Shown here in pieces: positions 38,301 through 53,100 of a stretch of DNA of 64,000 nt. The notes beneath the pieces are model-generated. The model was not told the origin of the DNA. It searched no databases and was given only the letters and a program-made list of their open reading frames with translations. The translations under genes were made by a program, and so were the position numbers. Position 1 is the stretch's first letter; every line of letters starts with the position of its first letter. Source of the stretch: Octopus sinensis (taxonomy: Eukaryota); NCBI RefSeq assembly GCF_006345805.1, contig NC_043001.1:41106001-41170000 (forward strand). The letters are read 5' to 3'.

Positions 38301-38420
38301 ACCCACTACATTCACGGAGTGGTTGGCATTAGGAAGGGCATCCAGCTGTAGAAACACTGCCAGATCATATATATATATACATATATTATATATATATATA
38401 TATACATACAGACATATGTA

Positions 38421-38452
<32 letters not shown>

Positions 38453-38493
38453 CATATATACACATACATACATACATATATACACATACATAT

Positions 38494-38524
<31 letters not shown>

Positions 38525-38867
38525 CACATACATACATATATATATATACATACATATACATATACATACATACATACATACATATACATACATACATACA
38601 TATGAAACCAGTAAGTTAAGGGGATGTAAATAAATGAACAGCAGTTGTGAAGTTGTGATGAGGGAGAAACACAGAGACAATACACATACACTTACATATA
38701 TACATACATATATATACGATTGATTTCTTTCAGTTTCTGTCTATAAAATCCACTGACATGGCTTTGGTTGGTCTGAGGCTATAGCAGAAGACACATGCTA
38801 ATTCACCACACAGGACCATGTGTTTTGGAACCAAGTTTGTTACCACACAGCTACACTTGCACCTATG

Positions 38868-38902
<35 letters not shown>

Positions 38903-39100
38903 ATGGGTGTATAGATGTATATATGTGTATATATATGTGTACATATTACATGTACATATATATATATATACACATACACATCTACACATATACGTGTATA
39001 CATATACATCTATATCTATAGAAATACATCTATACGTATACATGTATATATATACATTTATATATATACATGTATATATGTACATTTGTGCAGATGTATG

Positions 39101-39153
<53 letters not shown>

Positions 39154-40289
39154 ACGTTTAAATATTTGTTGTGCAAGATTTTTTATGTGAAGTCGTGTGT
39201 TGAAACAGATATTGTTATATTTCGGAATGGTCATTTTGCCAGTTTAGCCATAGACTACCAGTACTAGACACTGAACTCTGGCTAGAAATTGTGAATAATA
39301 AAACCCAAATCCTTCATTCATACTATGCCAAACCTATGGCCTCAAAATACTTGATCCACCGGAACTCAGCCATTGCGGAGAATGCCAAATTCAATATTTT
39401 GATGGCAGACCTCGTCAGAATAATGAGAAATGTGTCACGCATGTGCGAGCCCACAGAGTTAAAGAGACTCATACAATATTTCATTCACCGCATGCAGTTC
39501 TCAGGTTACAGCCATAAAGAAAGGATCAGAGTATACAAAGGAGCCATAAAGAAATTTGATAATATATTATGTAATGATAGGAATGGGATTTGCCCACTCT
39601 ATAGGAACAAGTCATGGAACACTATAGAAAGAACAAAAAAGAAAATAGGGAAGGCCAATTCTTGGTATGATAGCCATAAATACCAGAGTGTCATGTTCGT
39701 TGACACCACCCCTGGAGGTGAACTGGCGTACCGCTTTAGAAGGACCCTAGACAAACTTAAGCTAAGAATTAAGGTTGTTGAAAAGCCAGGCAACCCTATC
39801 AAATCTATAATTGGTAGAACCTATCCTTTTAGTAGAACCCCCTGTACAGATAAGTACTGTACTGTATGTAGATTTAGCCTACAAACAAACTGTAAAGCCA
39901 GAAATGTAGTCTATAGTATAAGATGTATAGAAGGACAATGCAGTAACAAGATAATGACATACGTAGGGGAAACGGCAAGAAGCATAGGAGAGCAGGTAAA
40001 TGGACATTGGAGACAACTCAAGGAAGGTAAAAGCTCATCGATTCTGTACCAACACGCCGAACAGGAACACGGGGGAATCAATCAACAATATAGAAATTAA
40101 AATATTGTCCATACATAGAACAGATGCAACAATCAGACAAATTACAGAAGCTACACACCTAATAGAAAATAAACCTAGCCTCAATAGAAAACTAGAATGG
40201 AGCACTAGCACACACCACAACATATGATGATAGAGGATCCCGAAAACATAATAAATACACAGATAAATAAACAAATAGAAATAAATAAC

Positions 40290-40325
<36 letters not shown>

Positions 40326-41458
40326 ATACGTTTAAATATTGTTGTGCAAGATTTTTTATGTGAAGTCGTGTGTTGAAACAGATATTGTTATATTTCGGAA
40401 TGGTCATTTTGCCAGTTTAGCCATAGACTACCAGTACTAGACACTGAACTCTGGCTAGAAATTGTGAATAATAAAACCCAAATCCTTCATTCATACTATG
40501 CCAAACCTATGGCCTCAAAATACTTGATCCACCGGAACTCAGCCATTGCGGAGAATGCCAAATTCAATATTTTGATGGCAGACCTCGTCAGAATAATGAG
40601 AAATGTGTCACGCATGTGCGAGCCCACAGAGTTAAAGAGACTCATACAATATTTCATTCACCGCATGCAGTTCTCAGGTTACAGCCATAAAGAAAGGATC
40701 AGAGTATACAAAGGAGCCATAAAGAAATTTGATAATATATTATGTAATGATAGGAATGGGATTTGCCCACTCTATAGGAACAAGTCATGGAACACTATAG
40801 AAAGAACAAAAAAGAAAATAGGGAAGGCCAATTCTTGGTATGATAGCCATAAATACCAGAGTGTCATGTTCGTTGACACCACCCCTGGAGGTGAACTGGC
40901 GTACCGCTTTAGAAGGACCCTAGACAAACTTAAGCTAAGAATTAAGGTTGTTGAAAAGCCAGGCAACCCTATCAAATCTATAATTGGTAGAACCTATCCT
41001 TTTAGTAGAACCCCCTGTACAGATAAGTACTGTACTGTATGTAGATTTAGCCTACAAACAAACTGTAAAGCCAGAAATGTAGTCTATAGTATAAGATGTA
41101 TAGAAGGACAATGCAGTAACAAGATAACGACATACGTAGGGGAAACGGCAAGAAGCATAGGAGAGCAGGTAAATGGACATTGGAGACAACTCAAGGAAGG
41201 TAAAAGCTCATCGATTCTGTACCAACACGCCGAACAGGAACACGGGGGAATCAATCAACAATATAGAAATTAAAATATTGTCCATACATAGAACAGATGC
41301 AACAATCAGACAAATTACAGAAGCTACACACCTAATAGAAAATAAACCTAGCCTCAATAGAAAACTAGAATGGAGCACTAGCACACACCACAACATATGA
41401 TGATAGAGGATCCCGAAAACATAATAAATACACAGATAAATAAACAAATAGAAATAAA

Positions 41459-41497
<39 letters not shown>

Positions 41498-42096
41498 TGT
41501 CGATTCGATTTATTATTATTATTACTAGTATTGTTGTTATACATACATACATACATACATACATACATACAAGCATATCTAATGATAATAATAAGTGGAT
41601 GTAAACACATGAACAAAATAAGAATAAACAAAAACAACAACAAAAAAAACAAAATACAAATTACATGAACGTATATAAACAGAAGATACAAATATTACAG
41701 GCATCCCCCCACATACACACACTAAATAAACATAGACGCACATAGAGATATAAGCATGCGCAAATGAAGACACAATAGAAATACAAAATGGCTGACGGTT
41801 AGTAAGGAGAGACACAAATAAGAAAGAAGAAAACAAAGGACCACTGATGTGGTCACAGGAGTGTGACGAAAGAACTCTGGCCGAAATAAGAGTAAGATTA
41901 ATGTAAAAAATAAATAACACTGAAGCAAAATAACACCAAATATATAGTGCGTGTGTTTTTATTGGCTAAACTGGCAAAATGACCATTCCGAAATATAACA
42001 ATATATATATATATTTATATATATATAATATGAGGGAATATTATTCCAAACTTACAAGGAAAAATTCAATTTAGAAATACTAAATCAAATTTTACA

Positions 42097-42143
<47 letters not shown>

Positions 42144-44045
42144 TAGAAAAAAACCCACCTTTTATCAATTCAATATTGAAAAATTAAATTATACCATTTA
42201 GAAAAATTACATATTATATAAAGATTAAATATAAGATAAAACATATAACAATGATTAAGTAATAATTAAAAATAAAATTATATCATAATTACCTAATTTT
42301 TTTGGTATTTTATGAAAGTCATTTACATAAATTTTAATCAATGATGATATGGTATCCATGTCTATGACTGAGCTTATCAAAAACCTGATATTTAACAAGA
42401 AAAAAATACAGTATTATACATTAAAATACAAAAGTACTTAGCTAAATTTTTAAAACAGTCATAAGTGAAACATTAAATTAACAGTACAGTGGCATGAGAA
42501 AAGAAATAGGTTCCATAAATATTTACAGACATTTTTTAAAAGTTCAAATAATTATCCAAACAATTTTAAAATTTCTTATACCACCAACAAAAAATAAAGG
42601 TTCTGTGTCAAATGTTCTCAAAGCTGAGTAATCTTATGTTTTCGGAAGTATGAGGGAGTACTCAAAGGAAACTGGAATTTTGCAATATTATTTTATTCAT
42701 TTAGTTTTATATGTTTACACTTTTATCCTCTTCAAAGTATTCTCCATTTGAAGCAATGCATCAGTCCAGGTGCATTTTCCACTATTTGAAGCAGTGCTGG
42801 AACTTTTTTAAAGTGATGCCTTTTAATGCCTCCATCGATTTTTTTCTTCACCTCTTCTACATCTGCAAATTCCATATCACCAGTGATGATCTTCGAAAAA
42901 AAGGTCCAGATCAACTTCCAACTTTTCTTTCAGTTCACGATATGCATTTAGTTATAACTGCTTTTGATCTTCCGTGAGCAAGTGAGGCACAAATTTTGAT
43001 GTTACTCTTTTCAGTTACAATTCCTTGCTTGAAATTCATGGGTAGGAGTTCTAGGACACACTAATCATATCTACAAGTTTGTCAACTGTTTGGTGACAGT
43101 CCTCCAAGATCAGTTCATGAATTTTCATTCGTTCGAGAGGTTGATGGTTGTCCTGAACAAGTTTGGCCTTTAAGTGACAAGTGACCATTCCTAAAGTGTG
43201 AAAACTACTTGTAAATTTGTGTTTTGCACATGGCAGCACACTTGTAAGCTGTTTGAAGCATGACAACTGTTTTGGCTGCTATTTTTCCCAGCAGAAAACA
43301 GAATTTTACCGAAGTGTGCTGTTCCTTCATTTTAGCCATCACAAAATTGATGAACAGGGAAGAAGCACTGTAAAACAAAGACACACCACATGGTAGTATG
43401 GCCTTAGCCACCACCACAGGTCAGCACACTGATGCCTGAGGGCCATATAAAGTGGCTTCTAATAGCATAAGCCTGAACTACAACAGGTTTATCCCACAGA
43501 GAACGTTTCCAGTTACTTTTGGGTAGCCCCTCATACATCTTGTCAGGAGCCCAGCAAAAGGGAGGCAACTAAAAATATACCTTCAGCAGTACTTCGCATT
43601 CATCACTTTGGCAAGTTCTACGTAAGCTCGGTGCATACAAATAACTTGTGAAGGCAAGGTACAAATAGGTAGTAAGTTCAGTGAGTACTTTAGTCCACAG
43701 ATGTTCATGAGGGCTCTGTCCTCATCAGCCTTGTATACATTTACAGTTCAAGACCAGATATCCCTGAGAACTTTTATGGGCTGATGACATGTTTTTTATT
43801 GCAAAATCTTGTCAAAAACTTTGCAGAAAAATTCCAAAGCAGGAAGCTCTAGATACATCGAAAGATTAAAATACTAACTGGTAGCTGAGAAGAAAAACAA
43901 TATCAGTGTTCTGCTTGAAGGAAGGGAATAAATAGGAGATGTATTATAGTGATTGTAATTCATTTTGTGTCTATTTTGCATTCATACTGTGTCTATTTTA
44001 TATCAGTTTGGATGAATTGTATTTTGGATAATTCAGTTTTTTTTT

Positions 44046-44080
<35 letters not shown>

Positions 44081-44930
44081 TATTTTATCACTTAAAAAAC
44101 AACATATTTATTTTTAAAAAAGTAGTCATACAAATGTTTCAATATGTGTTAGCTTCATGAATTTTTTCTTTCAAGCCTACCTATGTTGTTGATAAGTTTC
44201 GTAAGTTGATAGCTTGTTCACTACTCTTTGCAAGTCCAGTGGGTTTATGATACTGTTGTATATCCAGACATTCCAATAAATATGTTTATTAGGAACTCAT
44301 TTAGGCAAATTCTGTAGTTTGCAACAACTTTCGTCTAAATACTTACAAAATTATGAATGAGAGATGACTGAATAATTTTCTAATTCTGACTGATTTTTTT
44401 CCTTTGTTTTTAATGGAGAACAACAAATGAGACTAGAAACTAGCTGAAGATCAATAGTCAGTGCCAAATACTAGATTGTATTTAAGAACAAATCACTCAA
44501 CAGCCCATTAATTCCATTATACCCCTCCTTTACTGTCTAAATCTTTCATGAATCAGAGCTAACAAAAGGTTAATTTGAGGAACAGGTTCATCATAGTAAT
44601 TTATAGTTAATTCTCATAATACTTTATGGTATGATCATTGCACACTACCATAGTCGTTTCAAGTTAATCAAGTAAATGATAGACTAAACTGCCTAAGGGA
44701 AAAACAGCCTTTCCTGCTTAAGATTACAGAACCTGAGATATTTTGTAGTTTTGTCATCAGTTCATCTGATTCAAAAGAAAACAACAAAAGTAAGTAAAAG
44801 CAAGATCTACTTTGACACTGAAAATAAAATATCTATTTACTCCAATAATAATAATAATCATAATAATAATAACAACAACAACAATAACAACAACAATAAC
44901 AACAACAACAAAAACAATAACAACAACAAC

Positions 44931-44967
<37 letters not shown>

Positions 44968-47900
44968 TTACCTGTAAAAATTATCAAATGATATTAGCCA
45001 CATACTGCAGCTAAGATTATCAGTTATCTGTTTCAATGTATCAACTTCAGAGTCTATAACTCTTATCTTCACTACAAGATTGTCATATTCACTTTTCACC
45101 TCCAAGATCCAAACATGAATGAAATAAGTTGCTGAGGCTTGATGACCTTTGTATTTGATGCAAAACCAATCTGGAATATTAGTCATACTTTGTGCTGAAT
45201 GCAATTCTATATTCTTAGCGTTCAAAATGGAAGACTTTATGCAGAATTCTCCACAGCCTTGATTTTGATCCCACTTGATGTTAATATCAACAAACATAAC
45301 AAGTGAAGTTGTAATAGCAGTACAAAAAGCTTCTTGACAAATAGCATCAATAATTGGGCGCTTCAAATTATCAATACTTTCAGTATATAATAATGGAAAA
45401 CATTCTTGGGGACATTTATGATGTTTTATGCAATTGTTTATATTAGGATTTGCTTCCATTTCATCCTCATATGTTTCTGCAGCATATTCCTCTTGTGAAA
45501 TGCTATTTAATAGTGCAAATATCTTTGAATGAATTACATCATATGTATAGTGAGCAGGATAGAGGGTATTCAGTTCAGAACAACTTTGAATAAAATTTTG
45601 CCAAATATATTTGCAGTCTCCTGAGATGCATAGAGCAACTGGATCTCCAACAACAATGACAACATATTTAGCTCTTGACATTGCAGTGTTTAGTAAAAGT
45701 TTATTATTCAGAAAGTTTGTGTATTCTGCCCCATTACAGAGACCTGATGAAGTTGTATATACAGTGCTAATTATCACTACTTTGAATTGTTTACCTGCAG
45801 GTTACAAAATAAAACAGGAAGCATTAGTATTAAATCAATGTCCAATGCTTATGTACAAAAAATAATACTTAATAAAAATCTTTAAAAAAGACTTAGTATG
45901 TTCAATGTTAACATATAAAGTTATATATATATACACACACACAGCAATAAGAAAATGGAGGGGATCAAGAGGTGGTATTCATCAATTTTTAGACATTATA
46001 TTATGTCTATATATTTATTTTTTAAAAACCATTATAACAATATATATACATGTATAACATATGCTTTACATATATAATATATAAAAATATAAAAATACCA
46101 GTAATTATTAAGATATATAACATAAAGCATAGGAAGTAGAATAGTATCTTGCAGCTGTTTCAGCCAAAAGGTCATAGTACCCCACTTTACTTCCATCCCT
46201 TCAGTGAACTGAAGTATTTGGTAGATAAGATTATGGTACTTGGGTGTGCCTCTGGGCTTCGTCAGAGAGTTTAGAAAGTTCATAAGGTTAAGTTATAAAT
46301 ATAAAGGTTAAGTTATAAATATAAATACATACATATATACATAAATACATATCTATATATTTATATGTATATGTATATATACATAGAAAGGAATCATTAT
46401 TATTATTATTAGGTGTATTAAATTATTCCTATTACATAAAGTATAAACAAAGGAAAGAAAAGATTATCAAAAGTGAAATAATAGTGGAATTTAAATGATC
46501 AATCTATCTTAAGATTATTGTAGTTATGTACGAATGAAAAGGTATATAAATGAGGAATACTCAAATTCCGCCAAGGTCGACTTTGCCTTTCATCCTCTCG
46601 GGGTCGATAAATAAAGTACCAGTTTCGCACTGGGTCGATGTAATCGATTTAATCCCTTTGTCTGTCCTTGTTTTTCCCCTCTATGTTTAGCCCCTTGTGG
46701 GTAGTAAAGAAATATATAAATACACACACACACACACAAACATATATATATATTTACGTACAAACATACCCATAGGTACATACATATTTCATGTATTGAG
46801 AAGAGAGGATTACTGTAGTAGTTTGCATTTTTCTTTTTATATAATTATGATAATTATACTTAAACATATTTACATATATACATATAAATAAATATGTGAT
46901 ATGTTTTCTACTGATGGCTTAAGATAAAGGTCCATAATAAGTGGGTAAGAGTTTATATTAATACCTGTGATATTAGTCGGTACTAAAAGTAATAAATTTC
47001 CGGGTATTAATCAAGGTACTTTATTATTTTCCATTACTTTTTGTTTATCGAGTTGCTGAAATGTGTGTGTGTGTGGGGGGGGGGGATGGTCAGTCCCATA
47101 ATCTAATTGGTCAGCTATTGTTTTGAAAGGCCATGACTTTGTTATGGTTGGTTAATGGATAACCAGTAGCATAAACAACAAACTAGGCATAAATATATAT
47201 AAATGTATATAAATAGAAAGCAAAAAACAAAAAATTCAAGGTTAACTATTAGTAGGTAGGATAGTAAAAGTCAATAAAGAAATTAATATAGGGACTTGAC
47301 TCTATTATCTTGTACTAAATTAAGTTATGTTAAATAATGCAATATATAAGAAAAATGCGGATGAAATTATATATATATATATATACACACACTTTCTCTA
47401 TAGTCTGTGTCTTTCTCTTTCCTTGCCTCTGATTCTTCCCCCACTCTATCACATTTCTCCATCTTTCTTACTTTGCACCATTATTTCTATTGCTAAGCCA
47501 ATCCTATTTCTTCTCCCTTCTTTAATTCCTTCCTTCTCTCTCTCTCCTCCTTGGTGCCTTTGTCCCTTTCTTTCTCTCTCTCTTTGATTCCTTGCCCCCT
47601 GCTTTTCTTTCTCTTTCTACCGTCCTCTCACTTCAAACTGGTCTTTCCGGCTTGACCCGTTGCCACGTTAACACTGTTGTCTTCGTTTGCTGCAAAGGCA
47701 TTTTTCAAATACGCCAGCCAAGATAAGTTAAAAATTGTCTGAGGTTGTAAGACACCCACTGTTTTGTCCTGTTATTACTATTCTAGTTTTTTATTTCTAT
47801 TTTTTGTTTCTTGTATTTATATTCGTGTGGCATCCTGTCCTTTTTTCGTATACATTCGATCCTCTTTCCAAGAAATCTAATGCCCGTAGCTTAGTTTTTC

Positions 47901-48076
47901 TTTGGGGCTGGCCATATCGGAGCGATATCGAGGATTAATCAGCCGAAATTGCTAAGATGATCCGGTTCCCGACTGAAGATTAGAGGCTTTGAATGACCCG
48001 TCTGTTTTTTTGTGCTGTCTCTTTGTGTGTTTTTGCGTTCTTGTCCCATTTTGTAATTTATATTTAATTTCTATAC

Positions 48077-48154
<78 letters not shown>

Positions 48155-50124
48155 AAACAGGCTTGGAAGGACTGGAAGACAGTGGAAGCAGATAATTGTA
48201 TCAGACTGCCAGAAGGGAAGCTAGGAGGCAGGTTTATTTAGCCAGAGGGGAAGCAGATAAGAAAAAAATTGCCAATGTTCTGTGCAGTGAGGTTCAAAGA
48301 CTCGAGGTATTTCGTGTTGCAAGACAGTGTATGAGAGAGGATTGTGATGTTGTAGGAGAGAAATGTGTTTGCATGGATGATGGTTCACTTGCACTAAATG
48401 AGGCTGCAAAGAGAGAGGTTTGGAGACGCCACTATGAAAGGTTGCTCAATAAAGAGAATGAATGGGAGAAAGAGAGTCTGCTGAATGTTGACCAAACAGA
48501 GGGACCAGCTATCCGAATTGACAGTACCTTGGCAGATAAAGCAATAAAGGGTTTGAAGACAGGGAAAGCCCCTGGCCCATCAGGAATCATTGCAGAGATG
48601 CTCAAAATATCTGGCAGTGTCGGCTATAGCCTAGTCACCTGTATAGCTAACCAGGTGATACACGAAGGAGTCATACCCAATGACTGGTGAAGCAGCACCA
48701 TAGTCAACTGCTACAAAGGAAAAGGTGATACCTTAGATGCAAATAATTACAGAGGTATCAAGTTGTTAGATCAGGTAAAGAAGGTCACAGAGAGGGTCAA
48801 AGCCCAAATAATTAGGAAGAGAATCAGTTTAGATGAGATGCAGTTTGGGTTCATGCCAGGGAAAAGCACCACTGATGCTATATTCCTGGTAAGACAGATG
48901 CAGGAGAAATACCTAGCCAAAGATAAACCTCTGTACCTGGCTTTCGTTGACATGGAGAAAGCCTTTGACAAGATCCCCCAATCTGTTATCTGGTGGTCAA
49001 TAAGGAAACTAGGGATAGATGAATGGTTAGTGAGACCTGTGCAAGCCATGTACAGGGACACTGTTAGTAAGGTGAGGGTTCACAACGAGTACAGTGAAGA
49101 ATTCCAGGTGGAAGTAGGGGTCCACCAAGGTTCAGTTCTTAGTCCCCTCCTATTTATCATAGTTCTCCAGGCAATAACGGAGGAATTCAAGATAGGATGC
49201 CCCTGGGAGTTCCTTTATGCTGACAACCTTGCTCTAATTGCTGAGTCACTATCAGAACTAGAGAAGTTTCAGGTGTGGAAACAAGGATTAGAATCAAAGG
49301 GCCTTAGAGTCAACCTAGCTAAAACCAAAGTCCTAATAAGTAGGAAGGCTGGCAAACCACAAATCCTTTCAGGTAGATGGCCCAGCTCGATCTGTAGTAG
49401 AGGCGTAGGTAGAAACTCTATATGATGTACCCAGTGTAAGCTATGGACACATAAGAGGTACAGCAATATCAAAGGAAGGGCTAAATAGGAAGATAGTTTT
49501 TGTATGTGGCAGATGCTCAGAAGCAATAAACACAGGAAATGTGCAGAGAACAACTTCCGCCACATTCCAGGGAGAAAAACTAGAAATAGTTGATAGCTTC
49601 CGTTAGCTAGGTGACCTAGTCAGTTGCAGGCGAGGGTGCTCTGAATGTGTAGCTGATAGAATAAGAATAGCCTGGGCAAAGTTCAGAGAGCTCTTACCTC
49701 TGCTGGTGACAAAGGGCCTCTCTCTCAGAGTAAAAGGTAGACTTTATGACACGTGTACAAACAGCCATGCTACATGGCAGTGAAACATGGGCCGTGACTG
49801 CTGAGGACATGCGTAAGCTCGCAAAGAATGAAGCCAGTATGATCTGATGGATGTGTAATGTCAGTGTTCATACTCGACATAGTGTAAGTACCTTGAGAGA
49901 AAAGTTGGACCTAAGAAGCATCAGATGTGGAGTGCAAGAGAGACAACTGCGCTGGTATGGTCTGGTATGGTGCGGCTAGAGTAGCTTCTAAGCTGAAGTG
50001 AAGACAGCATGTTCTTTGTCTATCACCTTGCTTGAAACGATCGTACTGCATTACCTCTAGATATCCTTGTTGCTTATTTTGATATTATATATATATATAT
50101 AAAATATATAATTATCATCTTAAT

Positions 50125-50172
<48 letters not shown>

Positions 50173-53100
50173 TCATCATCATCGTTTAACGTCTGCTTTC
50201 CATGCTAGCATGAGTTGGACGGTTCAACTGGGGTCTGGGAAGCCCGAAGGCTGCACCAGGCCAGTCAGATCTGGCAGTGTTTCTACGGCTGGATGCCCTT
50301 CCTAATGCCAACACAGGTGCCAGACGAGGCTGGCGAACGGCCACGCTCGGATGGTGTTTTATATGTGCCACCGACACAGGTGCCAGATGAGGCTGGCGAA
50401 TGGCCACGCTCGGATGGTGTTTTTTTTTATGTGCCACCGACACATATATATGATACAAATAAGATGATAATTTATTTTTGAACACAGAAATGCCATTAGA
50501 ACAGCAGAAATATTGGGTAAATTACTCTTACAAAGTGGAAAAATTTAAACTCAGAACATAGCGATGGGTGAAATAGTGCTCATTTCAATATCACTAATTT
50601 AACAAAAAATATTCAGCTAGGAAGTTCTACTGCATCCACCATTCCCTCTTGATATAGTGCCTTTGGATTATCACCTTTTTCCATCACTCTCTGAAAGTCT
50701 GTGAGGCATTTTGTTCAACAATGAAATGGAGCTGAAACTTGGGTTCAATGAATTCTTCAAGTCAAGGCCCAGTGATTTCTACCATCAAGATACTGACAAG
50801 CTAGAGGAACATTGCAAAGAAAATCATGAACAATGAAGGAGAATATATTATTGACTGATTTATTAAAATTGTTAAGGAAAAATAAGGATTAAAATAAATA
50901 GTTAAAAACAAACAAATTTATCTGATATATCTATATGTCCCACAGATGTGTTTATTACTATGAAATTAACACAAACTAATATCAGCATGATAGTGCATCT
51001 CCTTCTGAAAGCTGTTTTACAGCAGAAATTGCAGCACAAATCTGGATTGGGTCATAGACTTAGCTCACAGTGAACATACCTATTTCTTTATTACCCACAA
51101 AGAGCTAAACACAGTGGGGACAAACAAGGACAGACATAAGTATTAAGTCGATTACATTGACTCCAGTGCGTAACTGGTACTTAATTTATCGACTCCGAAA
51201 GGATGAAAGGCAAAGTCGACCTTGGCGGAATTTGAACTCAGAACGTAACGGCAGACGAAATACCGATAAGCATTTCGCCCGGCGTGCTAACGTTTCTGCC
51301 AGCTCACAGTGAACATACCACCATTGTTAACCACTCACATTTTTATGTAACTTTGTAATTTTGATAATATAAAGGTACTTATATTTTATTGTAGCTTACC
51401 TTGTACACTGATAACAGAATCTACAGTGATGTGTTTTCCAGATAAGTATTCCCTTATCAGCTTAACCTATGAAAATATAAATAATTTTTATGATATAACT
51501 AATAATTATGTGACCTAGTCAATCATTTTATCTGATTTTATGATCGTAATTAGATTAGGAAATGCAGGCTGTATTGTCATTGCCAGTTAATGATGAGCTT
51601 ACTAGTAACACAGTGTTCCTGGTTAAGGTAAGAAAATAAGTGAACAGAAAACTGATTTAGATCCAGTATAATGAACTTGTCAAATACAACAATCAATAGT
51701 CCATATTGTAGTTTAGCACCAGGTCATCTTTAACCGAGCAGACCTAAGATCAAGATATTCCAGTTATGACTATCTCATCATTTTTTCCTAAGCATTAGGA
51801 GACTACAATATCCATAAGGTCTTGCTTTTTTCAAGATAGCAAAGTCTAATTTGAGGGAAATTTGGTTGTTATTTTTTGCAGATCAAGTGAACATGGAGGC
51901 TCTCTCACTGTTCTGAGATTTAACACATTTGTAAATTTATCAAAAACCATATATTAAACCAAAGAATTATTAATAAGATTAATATAACTCATATTACAAC
52001 TTTTCACATGACTTATACAATACCTGAGGGAAAGCTATGAATTGAAATTATCTCTTGAAACGATTGAAAAGAAGGCAACTAAAAGTTGCAAACTTCAGTA
52101 TATATACTGTATGACAGATATACTGTATTTTAGTCTGGTTTTCTAGTGAGTGCTACTATATGTTCTAGCCAAATTTGTGATTCACTTATTATAATCTCTG
52201 TGGTATTAATCTTTTATCTTTTACTTGTTTCAGTCATTAGACTGCATCATGCAGGGACACCATCTTGGAGAATGTTTTAGTCAAATGTATTGGCCCTGGT
52301 ACTTATTTTTTAAAGCCTGGTACTTATTCTATTGATGAACCACTAAGTTATGGGGAAGTAAACGCATCAGCACCAGTTGTCAAGTGGTAGTGGTGGGGAC
52401 AAACACACATATGGGGAGGGGGGCGGCAGAGTCTTTCAGTTTCTGTCTACCAAATTCATTCACAAGGCTTTGGTAGGCCTGAGGCTATAATAGAAGACAT
52501 TTACCCAAGGTGCCATGCAATGGAACTGAACCCAGAACCATGTGGTTGGGAAGCGAGATTCTTACCACACAGCCATGCCTGCGCTCAATATATTTTATTT
52601 CACTGGGTGGGTGCATTTTATAGTAACAAACCCAACAAGGCTTTATCATAATAAATAAAATACAGAATTATTTATTATTTTGAGACTATAATGATTCAAC
52701 AAATGAGAATGTTTGCATTAATTGATAGAGTCAGTTCCCTAAATAATTCTAAATGCTTAGTTTTTCCTCAAATACTGTATATAAGTCATGTGAAAAGTAT
52801 ATAATATGTTAAGTGGGTAAATAATGCAGTTAGAATGTTCTTACTTGCTGAAGGAAACAGAATATAAAACAATCAGATCTGAATTTGATCTTTCTGAATT
52901 ATTAACCCATTCTTCTATATGTTCAAAAGACTATAACAAATACTACAGAATACAAAAGTGTAACTCTGTGAAGGTTATCAATGAAATAATAATTTCCTTT
53001 GCAGTTCAAGAACTAACTACCATAGTTATTCATATATGATATACACTTTTCCCCATCAGATTTTGAAACTTTTGAAATTTTGGTGCACCTTGTGTATGAA

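Noticed and set aside
38118-39267. Many 65-160 aa ORFs rich in Y, I, M, C, H and T
   Set aside because: Translations of (TA)n, (TACA)n and (TG)n microsatellites; the same applies near 5300-5540, 17820-17930, 23350-23450 and 44750-45010.
44160-44330. Possible extra helicase exon ending CAT AG|gtaggc ([21 protein letters not shown]...)
   Set aside because: No acceptor found that gives an open phase-2 entry, and the model closes without it.
47600-48070. GC-richer block with GAAA...CTGAAGA, a possible permuted hammerhead or Penelope pLTR; similar ctgacgaagcc motif near 46260 (-)
   Set aside because: Could not build canonical stems; probably a PLE-related repeat but not supportable here.
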